This document shows positions 43,219 to 53,371 of a stretch of DNA of 64,000 bases, one piece after another (position 1 is the first letter of the stretch; every line of letters begins with the position of its first letter). A model generated the notes under the pieces. That model was not told the origin of the DNA, searched no databases, and saw only the letters and a program-made list of their open reading frames with translations. The translations under genes were made by a program, and so were the position numbers. The DNA is taken from NCBI GenBank assembly GCA_963793305.1, contig CAWBZV010000009.1:22048-86047 (forward strand), in the 5' to 3' direction. The stretch is from an uncultured Gemmatimonadales bacterium. GTDB lineage: Bacteria; Gemmatimonadota; Gemmatimonadetes; Gemmatimonadales; Gemmatimonadaceae.

Positions 43219-44079
43219 GTGGCCAGCCGACGCGCCGCTGCCGCGGTGTTCATCGCGTACAATCTGCTGCTCGCGCTCCTCTGGGCGCCGCACAATCTCG
43301 TCTTCGCCGCCGCGCATCTCGCGGCGATCGCATTGCCCACGCTGCTCGCCTCGACGCCATTCGCCGACGCCTACCCGGCGTTCGCGGTCATTGGCATCTG
43401 GACCGAGATGGGGGCGATTCTCCCACTCTTGCACCCCGACGGTGCCGCCGGCGCGGCCGCACGTGACGCCGCCGCGCTCCGTGTCGACGCTCTGGTTTTC
43501 GGGATCCACTGGCACACCCGATGGATGGCACTGATGCCGTGGGGGTGGTTGTCGACCGTGATGTATGCTGTCTACTGCTCGTATTACGCGCTCCTCATCG
43601 GCCTGCCACTGTCGTTCTGGTTGTTACGGCACCGCGAAGCGGTAGCCGAGTTGGCCTTTCGTCTCTTGCTCGTGTACGTGGCTTGCGCCGTCTGCTATCT
43701 GATATTCCCGGTCATAGGCCCGGCGCCCCTACCACCGGTGGCCGACGCGGTGAGGCATGGTGCCTTCTTTGAGACATCGGCCGCGATCCAGCGAGCGGGG
43801 GACTCGCTCGGCACGTCGTTGCCCAGCACGCACGCGGCGGGCTCGATGACACTCGCGCTGGCCGCCTGGCGCTGGCTCCCACGGCCCGTTGCGCTGGCGA
43901 CCGTGGGGTTAGCCGTCGCGATCGCGTTCGCGACGGTCTACACGCAGAACCACTACGCGATCGATGCCGTCGCGGGCGTGCTCCTGGCCATCTGCCTCCA
44001 GACGATCGTCAGTCGCCTGCCGCTGGCGCCGGCGCCGGCGCTAGCCCCGCGCCGCCGCGCGCTTCCCGCCGGCGCTTAG
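43219..44079 (+). CDS. PAP2/Aur1-like membrane phosphatase
   Basis: FPVIGP, LPSTHA, NHYAIDAVAG. Confidence 0.8.
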   Translation: MASRRAAAAVFIAYNLLLALLWAPHNLVFAAAHLAAIALPTLLASTPFADAYPAFAVIGIWTEMGAILPLLHPDGAAGAAARDAAALRVDALVFGIHWHTRWMALMPWGWLSTVMYAVYCSYYALLIGLPLSFWLLRHREAVAELAFRLLLVYVACAVCYLIFPVIGPAPLPPVADAVRHGAFFETSAAIQRAGDSLGTSLPSTHAAGSMTLALAAWRWLPRPVALATVGLAVAIAFATVYTQNHYAIDAVAGVLLAICLQTIVSRLPLAPAPALAPRRRALPAGA

Positions 44080-47000
44080 CGCGAGCGTCGAACCACTGCT
44101 GGATCTCGTCCAGGTACGTATAGAACACGGGCGTCACGTACAGCGTCACGAGCTGCGAGAACGCGAGCCCGCCGACGACCGCGACACCAAGGGGACGCCG
44201 CACCGTCGCGCCGGCGCCGGTGCCGAGCGCGATCGGCAGCGCGCCCATGAGCGCCGCCATCGTCGTCATCATGATCGGCCGGAACCGCACGCTGCACGCT
44301 TCGATGATCGCCTGCTCGGCGGTCTTGTGCCCGCCGCCGGCGTGTTCGGCCTCGATCGCGAAGTCGATCATCATGATCGCGTTCTTCTTGACGATCCCGA
44401 TGAGCATGATCACGCCGACGATGCCGTAGACGTCGAGGTCCAGGCCGCACAGCAAGAGCGTGAGGAGCGCGCCGAACGCGGCGAACGGTAGCCCGGAGAG
44501 AATCGTGATCGGGTGGATAAAGCTCTCATAGAGCACGCCGAGGATCAGATAGATCACGAAGACGGCCAGCGCGACGAGCAGCAACAGGCCGGATTGCGTC
44601 GACTCGAACGCCGCCGCCGTGCCGGTGAACTGCGCCGCGATGTTCGACGGCAGGATCGTCTTCGCTTCTTTTTGGATCTCGGCGAGCGCGGTGCCGAGCG
44701 AGACGCCAGGCGCGAGGTCGTAGGAGATGGTGACCGATGGGAGCTGGCCGGAGTGGTTCACGGTCACCGGCCCGATGTCGTTCCGGAACCGCGCGACGGC
44801 GGAGAGCGGTACGAGCGGCGCGCCCGAGCTGGGCGCGATGGCCGAGGCGCCGTAGCCGCCGTTCGACGTGCCACCGACGCTCGTTCCCGACCGGACATAT
44901 AACGTCCCGAGCGATGCAATGTCCTGCTGATACTGCGGCAGGAGCTCGAGCACGACCCAGTACTCGTTGGTCGGCGTGTAGATCGTCGACACCTGCCGTT
45001 GGCCGAACGAGTCGTACAGCGTATTCTCGATCTCGGCCGCCGTCACGCCGAGCTGCCCCGAGTGGTCGCGATCGATATCGATCGTGACCTGGGGATTCTG
45101 GATCAGGAGATCGCTCGTGACCGCGGAGAGGTCGGGCAGCTGGCGCAGCCGCGCTTCGAGCGTCCGGGCCGAGTTATCGAGACCCGTGATGTCGCCGCTC
45201 TGGAGCGTGAACTGGTAGAGGCTCTTCGACTGGAGACCGCCGATGGAGATCGCCGGCGGGTTCTGCACGTACGCTTGAATTCCCGCCACGCCTTGGACCG
45301 CCGCGGCCAAGTCGCGCGCGATCTGATCGGCGCTCCGACCGTGCCGCTGCGAGATCGACACGAGGTCGACCGTCATCTGGCCCTGGTTCGCGGCCGGGGT
45401 CGTGCCGACGGACGATGTGACGGCCCGCACCGCGGGATCTTTCATCACGATCGCCGCGACTTCTTGTTGGTGTTGAATCAGCCCGTCGTACGAGACGCCC
45501 TGGGCGGCTTCGGTGGTGACCAACAATTGCCCAGTATCATCCGATGGAAACAGTCCCTTGGGGATATAGTAAAAGAGGATCACGGTCAGCACGAGAATGA
45601 CGCCCGAGAACACCAGCGTGTGCGGCCGGTGCCCCATGACCCAATTCAAGGTTCTCTCGTATCCGCCGAGCACCCGATTGTAGATGCGCTCGGATGCTTC
45701 GTACAGCTTGCCGTGCTTCTGCCCGTGGTCGCTGCGCAAGAACCGGCTGGAGAGCATGGGCGTCAGCGTCAATGACACGAAGCCCGAGACCAGGATCGAC
45801 ACGCCGATGGTGACCGCGAACTCGTGGAACAGCTTCCCGATGATCCCGCCCATGAACAGGATCGGGATGAACACCGCGCTCAGGCTCAACGTCATGGACA
45901 GAATCGTGAACCCGACCTCGGACGCGCCGTCGATGGCGGCCTGCATCCGCGGTTTTCCCATCTCCAGATGTCGGACGATGTTCTCGAGCATGACGATCGC
46001 GTCGTCGACCACGAAGCCGACCGCGAGCGTCAACGCCATCAGCGACAGGTTATCGAGGCTGTAATTCAGCAGGTACATCACCGAGAACGTGCCGATGATG
46101 GACATCGGCAGCGCCAAGCTCGGGATGATCGTCGCCGAGACGTTCCGTAAGAAAACGAAGATGACGAGGACGACGAGAACGAGCGTGAGCTCCAGCGTGA
46201 ACTTCACGTCGTCGACCGACTCCTGAATCGTCACCGACCGGTCGAATAACACCTGGACGTGGATCGACGCCGGGATTTCAGCCTGAAGCTTCGTCAGAGT
46301 TTGCTTGATGCGACTGGCGACGGCAACGGTATTCGTGCCGGGTTGCCGTTGGATCTCGAGGACGATCGAGCGTTGGCCGCCGAGCCAGCTCGCGGTTTTG
46401 TTGTTCTGAACATCGTCTGTGACGCGCCCGAGGTCGCCGAGCACGATCGGCGCGCCGTTCTTGTACGCGACGACCATGTTGCGGAAGTCATCGGCGCTGT
46501 TGAGCTGACCCGTCGCTTGAATCGTGAGGGCAGTCTTCGAGCCCCAGAGAACGCCGGTGGCGATATTGACGTTCTGGCTCGTGATCGCGCCGTTGATGTC
46601 CTCGAGGCCGAGGTTGCGGGCCGCCAGCTGGTGCGGATCCATCTGGATGCGAACCGCGTACTTTTGCGTCCCCTCGACCAATACCTGCGCGACTCCACCA
46701 ACCATGGAGAGCCGCTGCGCCAGGGTCACCTCGCCGTACTCGTCGAGTGTCGACAGGGGCACGACGTCCGAGGTCAGCGCGAGCGTAATGATCGGGGCAT
46801 CGGCCGGGTTTGTTTTCTGATAGGACGGCGGGATGATGCCTTGGGGCAGGGTGCGCAGTGTCTGTGTGATCGCCGCCTGAATATCTTGGGCCGCGGCGTC
46901 GATATTCCGATCGAGCGCGAACTGCACGACGATCTGAGTCGCCCCGATGCTCGACGTCGACGTCATGTTGTCGATGCCGGCGATCGTCGAGAACTGCTTC

Positions 47001-47197
47001 TCGAGCGGCGTGGCGACCGTCGATGCCATCGTCTCGGGGCTGGCCCCGGGGAGCGTCGCGCTGACGGTAATGGTCGGGAAGTCGACGTTCGGGAGATCGC
47101 TGACGGGCAGCGACCGATACGCGACGATGCCAAAGAACAGGATGCCGATCATGACGAGGGTCGTCATGACCGGTCGCTTAATGAACAGTGTCGTCAT
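44009..47197 (-). CDS. RND efflux permease (MdtB/C-like)
   Basis: FIKRPV, PGASPETMA, GFVVDDAIVMLENI, GIVKKNAIMMIDF, RFRPIMMT. Confidence 0.95.
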   Translation of the reverse strand: MTTLFIKRPVMTTLVMIGILFFGIVAYRSLPVSDLPNVDFPTITVSATLPGASPETMASTVATPLEKQFSTIAGIDNMTSTSSIGATQIVVQFALDRNIDAAAQDIQAAITQTLRTLPQGIIPPSYQKTNPADAPIITLALTSDVVPLSTLDEYGEVTLAQRLSMVGGVAQVLVEGTQKYAVRIQMDPHQLAARNLGLEDINGAITSQNVNIATGVLWGSKTALTIQATGQLNSADDFRNMVVAYKNGAPIVLGDLGRVTDDVQNNKTASWLGGQRSIVLEIQRQPGTNTVAVASRIKQTLTKLQAEIPASIHVQVLFDRSVTIQESVDDVKFTLELTLVLVVLVIFVFLRNVSATIIPSLALPMSIIGTFSVMYLLNYSLDNLSLMALTLAVGFVVDDAIVMLENIVRHLEMGKPRMQAAIDGASEVGFTILSMTLSLSAVFIPILFMGGIIGKLFHEFAVTIGVSILVSGFVSLTLTPMLSSRFLRSDHGQKHGKLYEASERIYNRVLGGYERTLNWVMGHRPHTLVFSGVILVLTVILFYYIPKGLFPSDDTGQLLVTTEAAQGVSYDGLIQHQQEVAAIVMKDPAVRAVTSSVGTTPAANQGQMTVDLVSISQRHGRSADQIARDLAAAVQGVAGIQAYVQNPPAISIGGLQSKSLYQFTLQSGDITGLDNSARTLEARLRQLPDLSAVTSDLLIQNPQVTIDIDRDHSGQLGVTAAEIENTLYDSFGQRQVSTIYTPTNEYWVVLELLPQYQQDIASLGTLYVRSGTSVGGTSNGGYGASAIAPSSGAPLVPLSAVARFRNDIGPVTVNHSGQLPSVTISYDLAPGVSLGTALAEIQKEAKTILPSNIAAQFTGTAAAFESTQSGLLLLVALAVFVIYLILGVLYESFIHPITILSGLPFAAFGALLTLLLCGLDLDVYGIVGVIMLIGIVKKNAIMMIDFAIEAEHAGGGHKTAEQAIIEACSVRFRPIMMTTMAALMGALPIALGTGAGATVRRPLGVAVVGGLAFSQLVTLYVTPVFYTYLDEIQQWFDARAKRRREARGGAGLAPAPAPAAGD

Positions 47198-47200
47198 TCG

Positions 47201-50200
47201 TTAATCACCGGCGACCGGTAGAGGTGTCGGCGTCTCAGCCCACGGGAGTCGCGCGAACATGCGCCCGAGCCACGTCTGGGCGTCGTCGAGGTACGTATAG
47301 AACACCGGCGTCACATACAGCGTGACGATCTGTGAGAAAGCTAAGCCGCCAACCACCACGATCCCCAGGGGCCGCCGCGACGAGGCGCTCGATCCGATGC
47401 CGATGGCGATCGGCAGCGTCCCCATGATCGCCGCCACCGTCGTCATCATGATCGGCCGGAACCGCACGCTGCACGCCCGAATAATCGACTGCTCCGGCGA
47501 CAGCTGTTCGTTGCGTTCGGCCTCGATGGCGAAGTCGATCATCATGATCGCGTTCTTCTTCACGATCCCGATCAGCATGATGAGGCCGACATACCCATAG
47601 ACGTCGAGCTCGACGCCGGTGATCCACAGCGCCAGCAGCGCGCCGAACGTCGCAAACGGCAGCCCGGTGAGGATCGTGATCGGGTGAACGAAACTCTCGT
47701 AGAGGATGCCGAGGATGATGTAGATCACGAATACGGTGACCAGGAGCAGGACGCCGAGTCCGGAGGTCGAGCTCTGGAAGGCTTGCGCCTGTCCCGAGAA
47801 TTGTCCCGTGACGTTGGCGGGCAGCGTTTGGAATGCCACGCGCTGCACTGCGGCGGTGACGGCGGCGAGGTCGGCGTTCGGCGGCGCGTTGAACGAGATC
47901 GTCACAGACGGCAACTGGCCCGAGTGATTGATGGCCGCGGGGCCGAACGAGGGCTCGAGCTCGGCCACCTGGGCCAGCGGCACGACCTCGCCCCGCGTCC
48001 CACTGATGTACAGCTTGTTCAAGTCGAGCGGCGAGGATTGAAAACGCGGCGCCATCTCCAGCACCACCCAGTACTCGTTGACCGCCGTGTAGATCGTGGA
48101 GACCTGTTGCGCGTTGTACCCTTCGGCGAGCGCGTTCTCGATCGACGCGGGTGTCAGTCCGAGCGGCGCTGCTTTCGCGCGGTCGATGCGAACCGTGACC
48201 TGGGGATTCCGATTCAAGAGATCGCTGGTCACGTCGGTGATCAACGGGAGCTTCTGGAGCTCCGTCATGAGCTTGAGCGCGCTCGAGTACAGGACCTCGA
48301 GGTCGGGACCTTGCAACGTGTACTGATACAGGGCCTTGGATGACCGGCCGCCGATTTGGATGGACGGTTGATTCTGGAGATAGAGCCGGAAGCCGGGGAT
48401 GCCCGACACGTGGCGCGTGATCTCCTGCACGCACACGTCGGCTGACGGGCGCACCTGCGGGTTTTTGAGCGTCAGGTAGAAGTTCCCCTGGTTCGTGGCG
48501 CCCGCTTGCCCACCCCCGCCCAGGGCCGACGTGAACCGATCGATGCATGTGTCCTTCGTCAGAATGCCCGCCGCCTTTTGCTGGAGGCGCGACATCTCGT
48601 TGAACGCAGTCCCTTGCGCCGCCTCGGTCGTGGCGAAGAGCTGCCCGCTGTCGCTCGGCGGGAAGAGGCCTTTGGAGACGATCTTGAACAGGAATCCCGT
48701 CAGGAACAGGATCAACACCGAGAACACGAGCGTGAGGGGGCGGTGGCGCATGACCCACTCCAGGCTCCGCTCATACGCATTGAGCGCTATCGTGAACCCG
48801 CGTTCGCTCAAGTTGAACCAGCGACCGTGCTGGACTTCGTGATGCGGTTTGAGGAAGCGACTGCACAGCATGGGGGTCAGGGTCAGCGAGACGAACCCCG
48901 AGACCAGGATCGAGATGCTGATCGTAAGCGCGAACTCGTTGAACAGCTTGCCGACGACGCCGCCCATGAAGACGAGGGGGATGAACACCGCGGCGAGCGA
49001 CAGCGTCATCGACAAGATCGTGAAGCCCACTTCCGCCGACCCCTGAAACGCGGCCTCCATCGGCGCCTGGCCGGCCTCGATGTGCCGGACAATGTTCTCC
49101 AGCATGACGATCGCGTCGTCGACAACGAACCCGACCGCGAGGGTCAGCGCCATCAGCGACAGGTTGTCGATGCTGAAGTTGAGCACGTACATCATCGAGA
49201 ATGTGCCGACGATCGCCATCGGCAGCGTGAGGCTCGGGATGACCGTCGCGACGACGCTTCTCAAGAAGAGAAAAATGACCAGCACCACCAGTATGAGCGC
49301 CAACACCAAGGAGAACTTCACATCGCGCACGGCGCCTTGAATCGACACCGAGCGGTCGAAACCCAAGTTGACTGTCACGGTCGACGGCAGCTCTTTCTCG
49401 ATCTCCGTCATCTTCGCCTTGACGGCGTCGACGACTTGGACCGTATTCGTCCCGGGTTGTCGCGTGACGGCCAGGAAGACCGTGCGGGACATGTCGTGTC
49501 CGTTCCAGTACCAGGCGGCCGCCTTGTTGTTCTGAACATCGTCGATGACGTTGGCGACGTCGCCCAAGCGCACCGCCGCGCCGTTCCGGTAGGTCACGAT
49601 GAGGTGACGGAACTCATCGGCGCTGTAGAGCTGACCGGTCGCGTAAACGGTCGTGGTCTGATTCGGCCCGTAGAGAATGCCCGTCGGGATGTAGACGTTC
49701 TCGTTCGAGATTGCTTTCGCGACGGTGTTGACGCTGAGGCCGCGCGTGGCGAGCTGTCCGGGGTCGAGCTGCACGCGCACGGCGTACTTTTGTGAGCCGA
49801 ACACGCTGACCTGGGCGACGCCGTTCACCATCGAGATCTGCTGCGCGATCGTCGTTTCGCCGTACTCGTCGACGGTGGGGAGCGGGAGCACGGCCGAGGT
49901 CAACGCATAGAACAGGATCGGCGCCGCGGCGGGATTTTGCTTCCGATACGACGGCGGGATGATGTTCGTCGGCAGGTTCGGGAGCGCGGCCGAGATGGCG
50001 GCGTTCACGTCCTGGGCGGCGGCGTCGATTTTGCGATCGAGTGAGAACTGGATCGTGACCGACGTGCTCCCGAGGGCGCTCGTCGAGGTGATGTTATCGA
50101 TGCCGGCGATCGTCGAGAACTGTTTCTCGAGCGGGGTGGCGACGGTGGCCGCCATGGTCTCCGGGCTCGCGCCGGGGAGGGACGCGTTGACGGAGATCGT

Positions 50201-50323
50201 GGGGAAGTCGACGGTGGGGAGGTCGCTGACCGGAAGTTGACGGTACGCGATCACGCCGAACAACAGAATGCCGGTCATGATCAGGGTGGTCATGACCGGC
50301 CGCTTGATGAACAGCGCGGTCAT
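47201..50323 (-). CDS. RND efflux permease (MdtB/C-like), paralog
   Basis: Same motifs. Start set at MTALFIKRPV by homology to the neighbour. Confidence 0.95.
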   Translation of the reverse strand: MTALFIKRPVMTTLIMTGILLFGVIAYRQLPVSDLPTVDFPTISVNASLPGASPETMAATVATPLEKQFSTIAGIDNITSTSALGSTSVTIQFSLDRKIDAAAQDVNAAISAALPNLPTNIIPPSYRKQNPAAAPILFYALTSAVLPLPTVDEYGETTIAQQISMVNGVAQVSVFGSQKYAVRVQLDPGQLATRGLSVNTVAKAISNENVYIPTGILYGPNQTTTVYATGQLYSADEFRHLIVTYRNGAAVRLGDVANVIDDVQNNKAAAWYWNGHDMSRTVFLAVTRQPGTNTVQVVDAVKAKMTEIEKELPSTVTVNLGFDRSVSIQGAVRDVKFSLVLALILVVLVIFLFLRSVVATVIPSLTLPMAIVGTFSMMYVLNFSIDNLSLMALTLAVGFVVDDAIVMLENIVRHIEAGQAPMEAAFQGSAEVGFTILSMTLSLAAVFIPLVFMGGVVGKLFNEFALTISISILVSGFVSLTLTPMLCSRFLKPHHEVQHGRWFNLSERGFTIALNAYERSLEWVMRHRPLTLVFSVLILFLTGFLFKIVSKGLFPPSDSGQLFATTEAAQGTAFNEMSRLQQKAAGILTKDTCIDRFTSALGGGGQAGATNQGNFYLTLKNPQVRPSADVCVQEITRHVSGIPGFRLYLQNQPSIQIGGRSSKALYQYTLQGPDLEVLYSSALKLMTELQKLPLITDVTSDLLNRNPQVTVRIDRAKAAPLGLTPASIENALAEGYNAQQVSTIYTAVNEYWVVLEMAPRFQSSPLDLNKLYISGTRGEVVPLAQVAELEPSFGPAAINHSGQLPSVTISFNAPPNADLAAVTAAVQRVAFQTLPANVTGQFSGQAQAFQSSTSGLGVLLLVTVFVIYIILGILYESFVHPITILTGLPFATFGALLALWITGVELDVYGYVGLIMLIGIVKKNAIMMIDFAIEAERNEQLSPEQSIIRACSVRFRPIMMTTVAAIMGTLPIAIGIGSSASSRRPLGIVVVGGLAFSQIVTLYVTPVFYTYLDDAQTWLGRMFARLPWAETPTPLPVAGD

Positions 50324-50433
50324 CCCACCCGCGCGCGACCCGTGCGAGAGGTCGATCCCGGTGCTTATCTCGTGCTGGCCGGTGGTAAATACCGCGTGCT
50401 CGTCAGTCGCCACACTTGGAAAATACGCGCGAG

Positions 50434-50970
50434 CTACTTCGTCCGTTGGTACAGTCCAGTGTACGTCGCCGTGCCGATCGAGTGCCCTTTGGTCGCATTG
50501 AGGAGCCCATCCCGATCCAGGCCAGCCTGAAGCGCGGACGGTGCGAGATCGAGCGCGTAGAGTGTGAAGACGTAGTGATGCGGTGGATCGCCGACTGGCG
50601 GGCATGGTCCGCCGTATCCGGGCGACGGGAATCCGGTCTTCCCCTGAACTATTCCGCTCGCTGATCCCGCGCCGGCGCCCTCAGCCAGGGAGCCTCGTGC
50701 GGGATCGATGCCGTACGCGACCCAGTGTGTCCACCCTTGTCCTTTGCGCGCGTCGGGATCGAACATGATGATCGCGAGGCTCTTGGTGCCGGACGGCACG
50801 CCTGACCATGCGAGCGCGGGCGAGACGTTCTGCCCGCCGCATCCGCCTTGGTCGTACGCTTGTGCGGCGGGGATTTTCCCGTCGTTCGGGAAGGTGGTCG
50901 ACGAGAGGGTGAGCGCGGTATGCGTGGCCATGGCGATCACGCTGGCGGCGAGGGCGAGGAGGGTCTTCAT
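50434..50970 (-). CDS. YbhB/YbcL (PEBP) family protein, secreted
   Basis: NVSPALAW, DPDA, WTHWV, YGGPCPP, HHYVFTLYALD. Confidence 0.9.
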   Translation of the reverse strand: MKTLLALAASVIAMATHTALTLSSTTFPNDGKIPAAQAYDQGGCGGQNVSPALAWSGVPSGTKSLAIIMFDPDARKGQGWTHWVAYGIDPARGSLAEGAGAGSASGIVQGKTGFPSPGYGGPCPPVGDPPHHYVFTLYALDLAPSALQAGLDRDGLLNATKGHSIGTATYTGLYQRTK

Positions 50971-50993
50971 AGTTCGTGAACTTAGTTAGCGGC

Positions 50994-51021
50994 TTGACAG
51001 GTGACCAAATAGTCACATATT
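50994..51021 (+). promoter_or_regulatory. Promoter and ArsR-type operator GTGACCAAATAGTCAC
   Basis: TTGACA at 50994 followed directly by a palindrome (51001-51016), just before the arsR start. Confidence 0.65.
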
Positions 51022-51030
51022 AGCTCTGCC

Positions 51031-51858
51031 GTGGATGACGTCTTCAAGGCCATAGCGGACCCTATCCGTCGGACGCTCCTGGACCGGCTCTTTCGCCATA
51101 ACGCACTGACACTCAGCGACTTATGCGACGGTTTAGATATGACCCGGTTCGGCGTCATGAAGCATCTGCGGATTCTAGAGGCCGCCGGCCTCATCACCAC
51201 GCGAAAGGTGGGTCGCGAGAAACGCCACTATTTGAACCCCGTGCCGATTCGCCTCATGCACGACCGCTGGGTGAGCAAGTACACGGCCCCGATGGCCGCG
51301 GCATTGGTCGAGCTCAAGACGGCGCTCGAGGCGGATGCGATGTCCGCTGACCCCTCGCTCGGCGAAGCTGAGCGATTCCAACCGACCAGTCGAGCGGAGC
51401 GAAGCGACGCATCGACGTGCGGCGGAGCCGCACAAGTCTACCAGATCGTGATCCGCACGACGGCCGAGCGTCTGTGGCAAGCGCTCACCGACTCGTCCTT
51501 CAGTCGCCGCTACCCGTTCTACATGTCGATCGAGTCGACGTTCGAGCTCGGCGCGCCGATTCGCTTCGTCGACGACGCCGGCCGCGCTGCCGTCGAGGGC
51601 GTGGTCCTCGAATCCGACCCTCCGCGTCGGCTCGTCTACTCATGGGTGATCCGCTACGACGCGGCCTACTCCCACGAGACGTCCCGCGTCACATGGCTGA
51701 TCGAGCCGCGCGGCGACTCGGTCTGCCAACTCACGCTCACGCACGACGTCACTCACGCGCCTCTCACCGCGCCGCACGTCAGTCGCGGCTGGCCGTTCAT
51801 TCTCTCCGGCATCAAGACGCTTCTCGAAACCGGCGAACCGCTGGTTATCACCCCGTGA
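51031..51858 (+). CDS. ArsR family regulator fused to SRPBCC/AHSA1 domain
   Basis: VFKAIADPIRRTLLD..MKHLRILEAAGL, then VYQIVIRTT..LWQALT..PPRRLVYSW..GWPFILSGIKTLLETG. Confidence 0.9.
   Translation: MDDVFKAIADPIRRTLLDRLFRHNALTLSDLCDGLDMTRFGVMKHLRILEAAGLITTRKVGREKRHYLNPVPIRLMHDRWVSKYTAPMAAALVELKTALEADAMSADPSLGEAERFQPTSRAERSDASTCGGAAQVYQIVIRTTAERLWQALTDSSFSRRYPFYMSIESTFELGAPIRFVDDAGRAAVEGVVLESDPPRRLVYSWVIRYDAAYSHETSRVTWLIEPRGDSVCQLTLTHDVTHAPLTAPHVSRGWPFILSGIKTLLETGEPLVITP
51356..51433. repeat. Three-hairpin palindromic (REP/MITE-like) element inside a CDS
   Basis: CGCTCGGC-gaa-GCTGAGCG, GTCGA..GCGAAGC..TCGAC, GTGCGGC-gga-GCCGCAC. Confidence 0.6.
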
Positions 51859-51866
51859 GGACCACC

Positions 51867-52283
51867 ATGTCGACCATTTTGTTGCGCATCGCTTCCGTCG
51901 TTTTCGCTCTCTACACCGCGGGTCACAGCTTCGGCGCAATGATCAAGGATCCGAGCACGGGCGGTCCCGCGAAGCAGGCGGTCCTCGGCGCCATGCGTAC
52001 ATACCACGAGAACGTCATGGGCTCGAGTCGCTCGTACTGGGACTTCTATAAAGGCTTCGGCTGGATCGTAAGCTGCGCGCTCTTCCTGTTCGCCGTGCTA
52101 TGCTGGCAGCTCTCAACCCTCGCCCGCACCCAGCCCTCGTTCGCGCGCCCACTGATTCTCACGCTCTTCGTTATCTCGATCCCGATGACAGTGCTGGCCT
52201 ACACCAACTTCTTCGCCGCCCCGGCGATCTTCTCCACAGTCGCGACCCTACTGCTGGGTGCCGCGGCTTTCTCCCTCCCTTGA
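51867..52283 (+). CDS. Small four-TM membrane protein
   Basis: GAGGA RBS, GHSFG..SYWDFYKGFG, hydrophobic helices. Confidence 0.7.
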   Translation: MSTILLRIASVVFALYTAGHSFGAMIKDPSTGGPAKQAVLGAMRTYHENVMGSSRSYWDFYKGFGWIVSCALFLFAVLCWQLSTLARTQPSFARPLILTLFVISIPMTVLAYTNFFAAPAIFSTVATLLLGAAAFSLP

Positions 52284-52322
52284 CCGTCCATGCCGCGCTA
52301 TCTTTCCTTGCTCTACGGGAAA

Positions 52323-52396
52323 CGGGGCGTAGCGTAGCCCGGTAGCGCGCCTGCTTCGGGAGCAGGAGGTCGCTGGTTCAAATCCAGTCGCCCCGA
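52323..52396 (+). tRNA. tRNA-Pro (anticodon CGG), CCA not encoded
   Basis: CGGGGCG/CGCCCCG acceptor stem, CCTGC-TTCGGGA-GCAGG anticodon arm, GGTTCAAATCC T-arm. Confidence 0.97.
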
Positions 52397-52428
52397 CTTT
52401 ACAACCTCGCGTCGTCTCTTGTACTTCG

Positions 52429-52465
52429 CCCTGCCTGGATTTTCTGTGCTGCCAGGCAGGGTTTT
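52429..52465 (+). terminator. Intrinsic terminator after tRNA
   Basis: CCCTGCCTGG..CCAGGCAGGG followed by TTTT. Confidence 0.65.
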
Positions 52466-52573
52466 GTATGCCCCCACGCTTGGTACCGCTGGAAGCGATC
52501 ACGGCCGGCTGCCGACAAAATCCGAATTGGCCGCTTCTGTAATCCGGATTGGACGTTCTGGGTACTCCGATGC

Positions 52574-53371
52574 TCACGCTGCACTTGCGCCCAATCGCGG
52601 TGCATGATCCATAGCATTGAACCACCCAGCGACGAGCGGCGCGAGGCTGAGCTCCTGCCGTACACCACGGCGCGTTCGGATCAGAATGCCACGTTGCACC
52701 AGTCGTGTCACCGCCGCGTGGGCAGCGGCGTAGGAGACGCGGCTCGCCAGTGTGATGTCCCGGGCTATGACGCCGCGGCCGGAGGTCCCACGGACCATAG
52801 CCACTATATCCGCTTCGACCGAAGGCCCGAGGAGCGACCGGAATCGGAGCTCGGGTACGCGCCAGATCAGCCACTCGACCGGTCGGATGACGGACAGTTT
52901 TAGTGTCATATCGTCGTGCCAGAAGCCCCACGCTTTGAACATTGGCAGCGCTTGCGCTTCGACCCGGCGACGGAGCGAAGGAAACTGATCCATGATACGA
53001 AACAGAGGCTGGCCCGGATGTATAGGGCGGCAGCGGGCGATGGCCGCGTCGAGCTCCGGCGCGTGTCCGTTCGCGCCTTGGGTCGCGAGTGTGAGCAGTG
53101 CCCCCAACACTGCTGACGCCTCGCGCGTGAGTTCGGGAACGAGTGCGCTCAGTCGCCGACCGTTCACGAACGCATGGTGGGTCGCCAACCAGGATACGGC
53201 GCAGATGAACACGCGCTCGTCGTCGCGAGTCAGACTGGCTGTTCGGCAAATCACCTCTTCGAGTTCGACCGGCTGGGTGGTCCGTTCAACAGCGAAGAAC
53301 ACACCCAGACGCGCCCAATCGGCCGCCACGCGGTTCAGGAGAGCATTGGTGGTTGGCGCCATGGTGTTCAT
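52574..53371 (-). CDS. Hypothetical protein with C-terminal winged HTH (putative antitoxin/partner)
   Basis: ATGA overlap with the upstream NTase. ARDITLASRVSYAAAHAAVTRLVQRGIL is HTH-like. Confidence 0.7.
   Translation of the reverse strand: MNTMAPTTNALLNRVAADWARLGVFFAVERTTQPVELEEVICRTASLTRDDERVFICAVSWLATHHAFVNGRRLSALVPELTREASAVLGALLTLATQGANGHAPELDAAIARCRPIHPGQPLFRIMDQFPSLRRRVEAQALPMFKAWGFWHDDMTLKLSVIRPVEWLIWRVPELRFRSLLGPSVEADIVAMVRGTSGRGVIARDITLASRVSYAAAHAAVTRLVQRGILIRTRRGVRQELSLAPLVAGWFNAMDHAPRLGASAA

Noticed and set aside
47201..50605. N-terminally extended 1134-aa RND protein
   Set aside because: The extension overlaps ybhB. Paralog alignment places the start at 50323.
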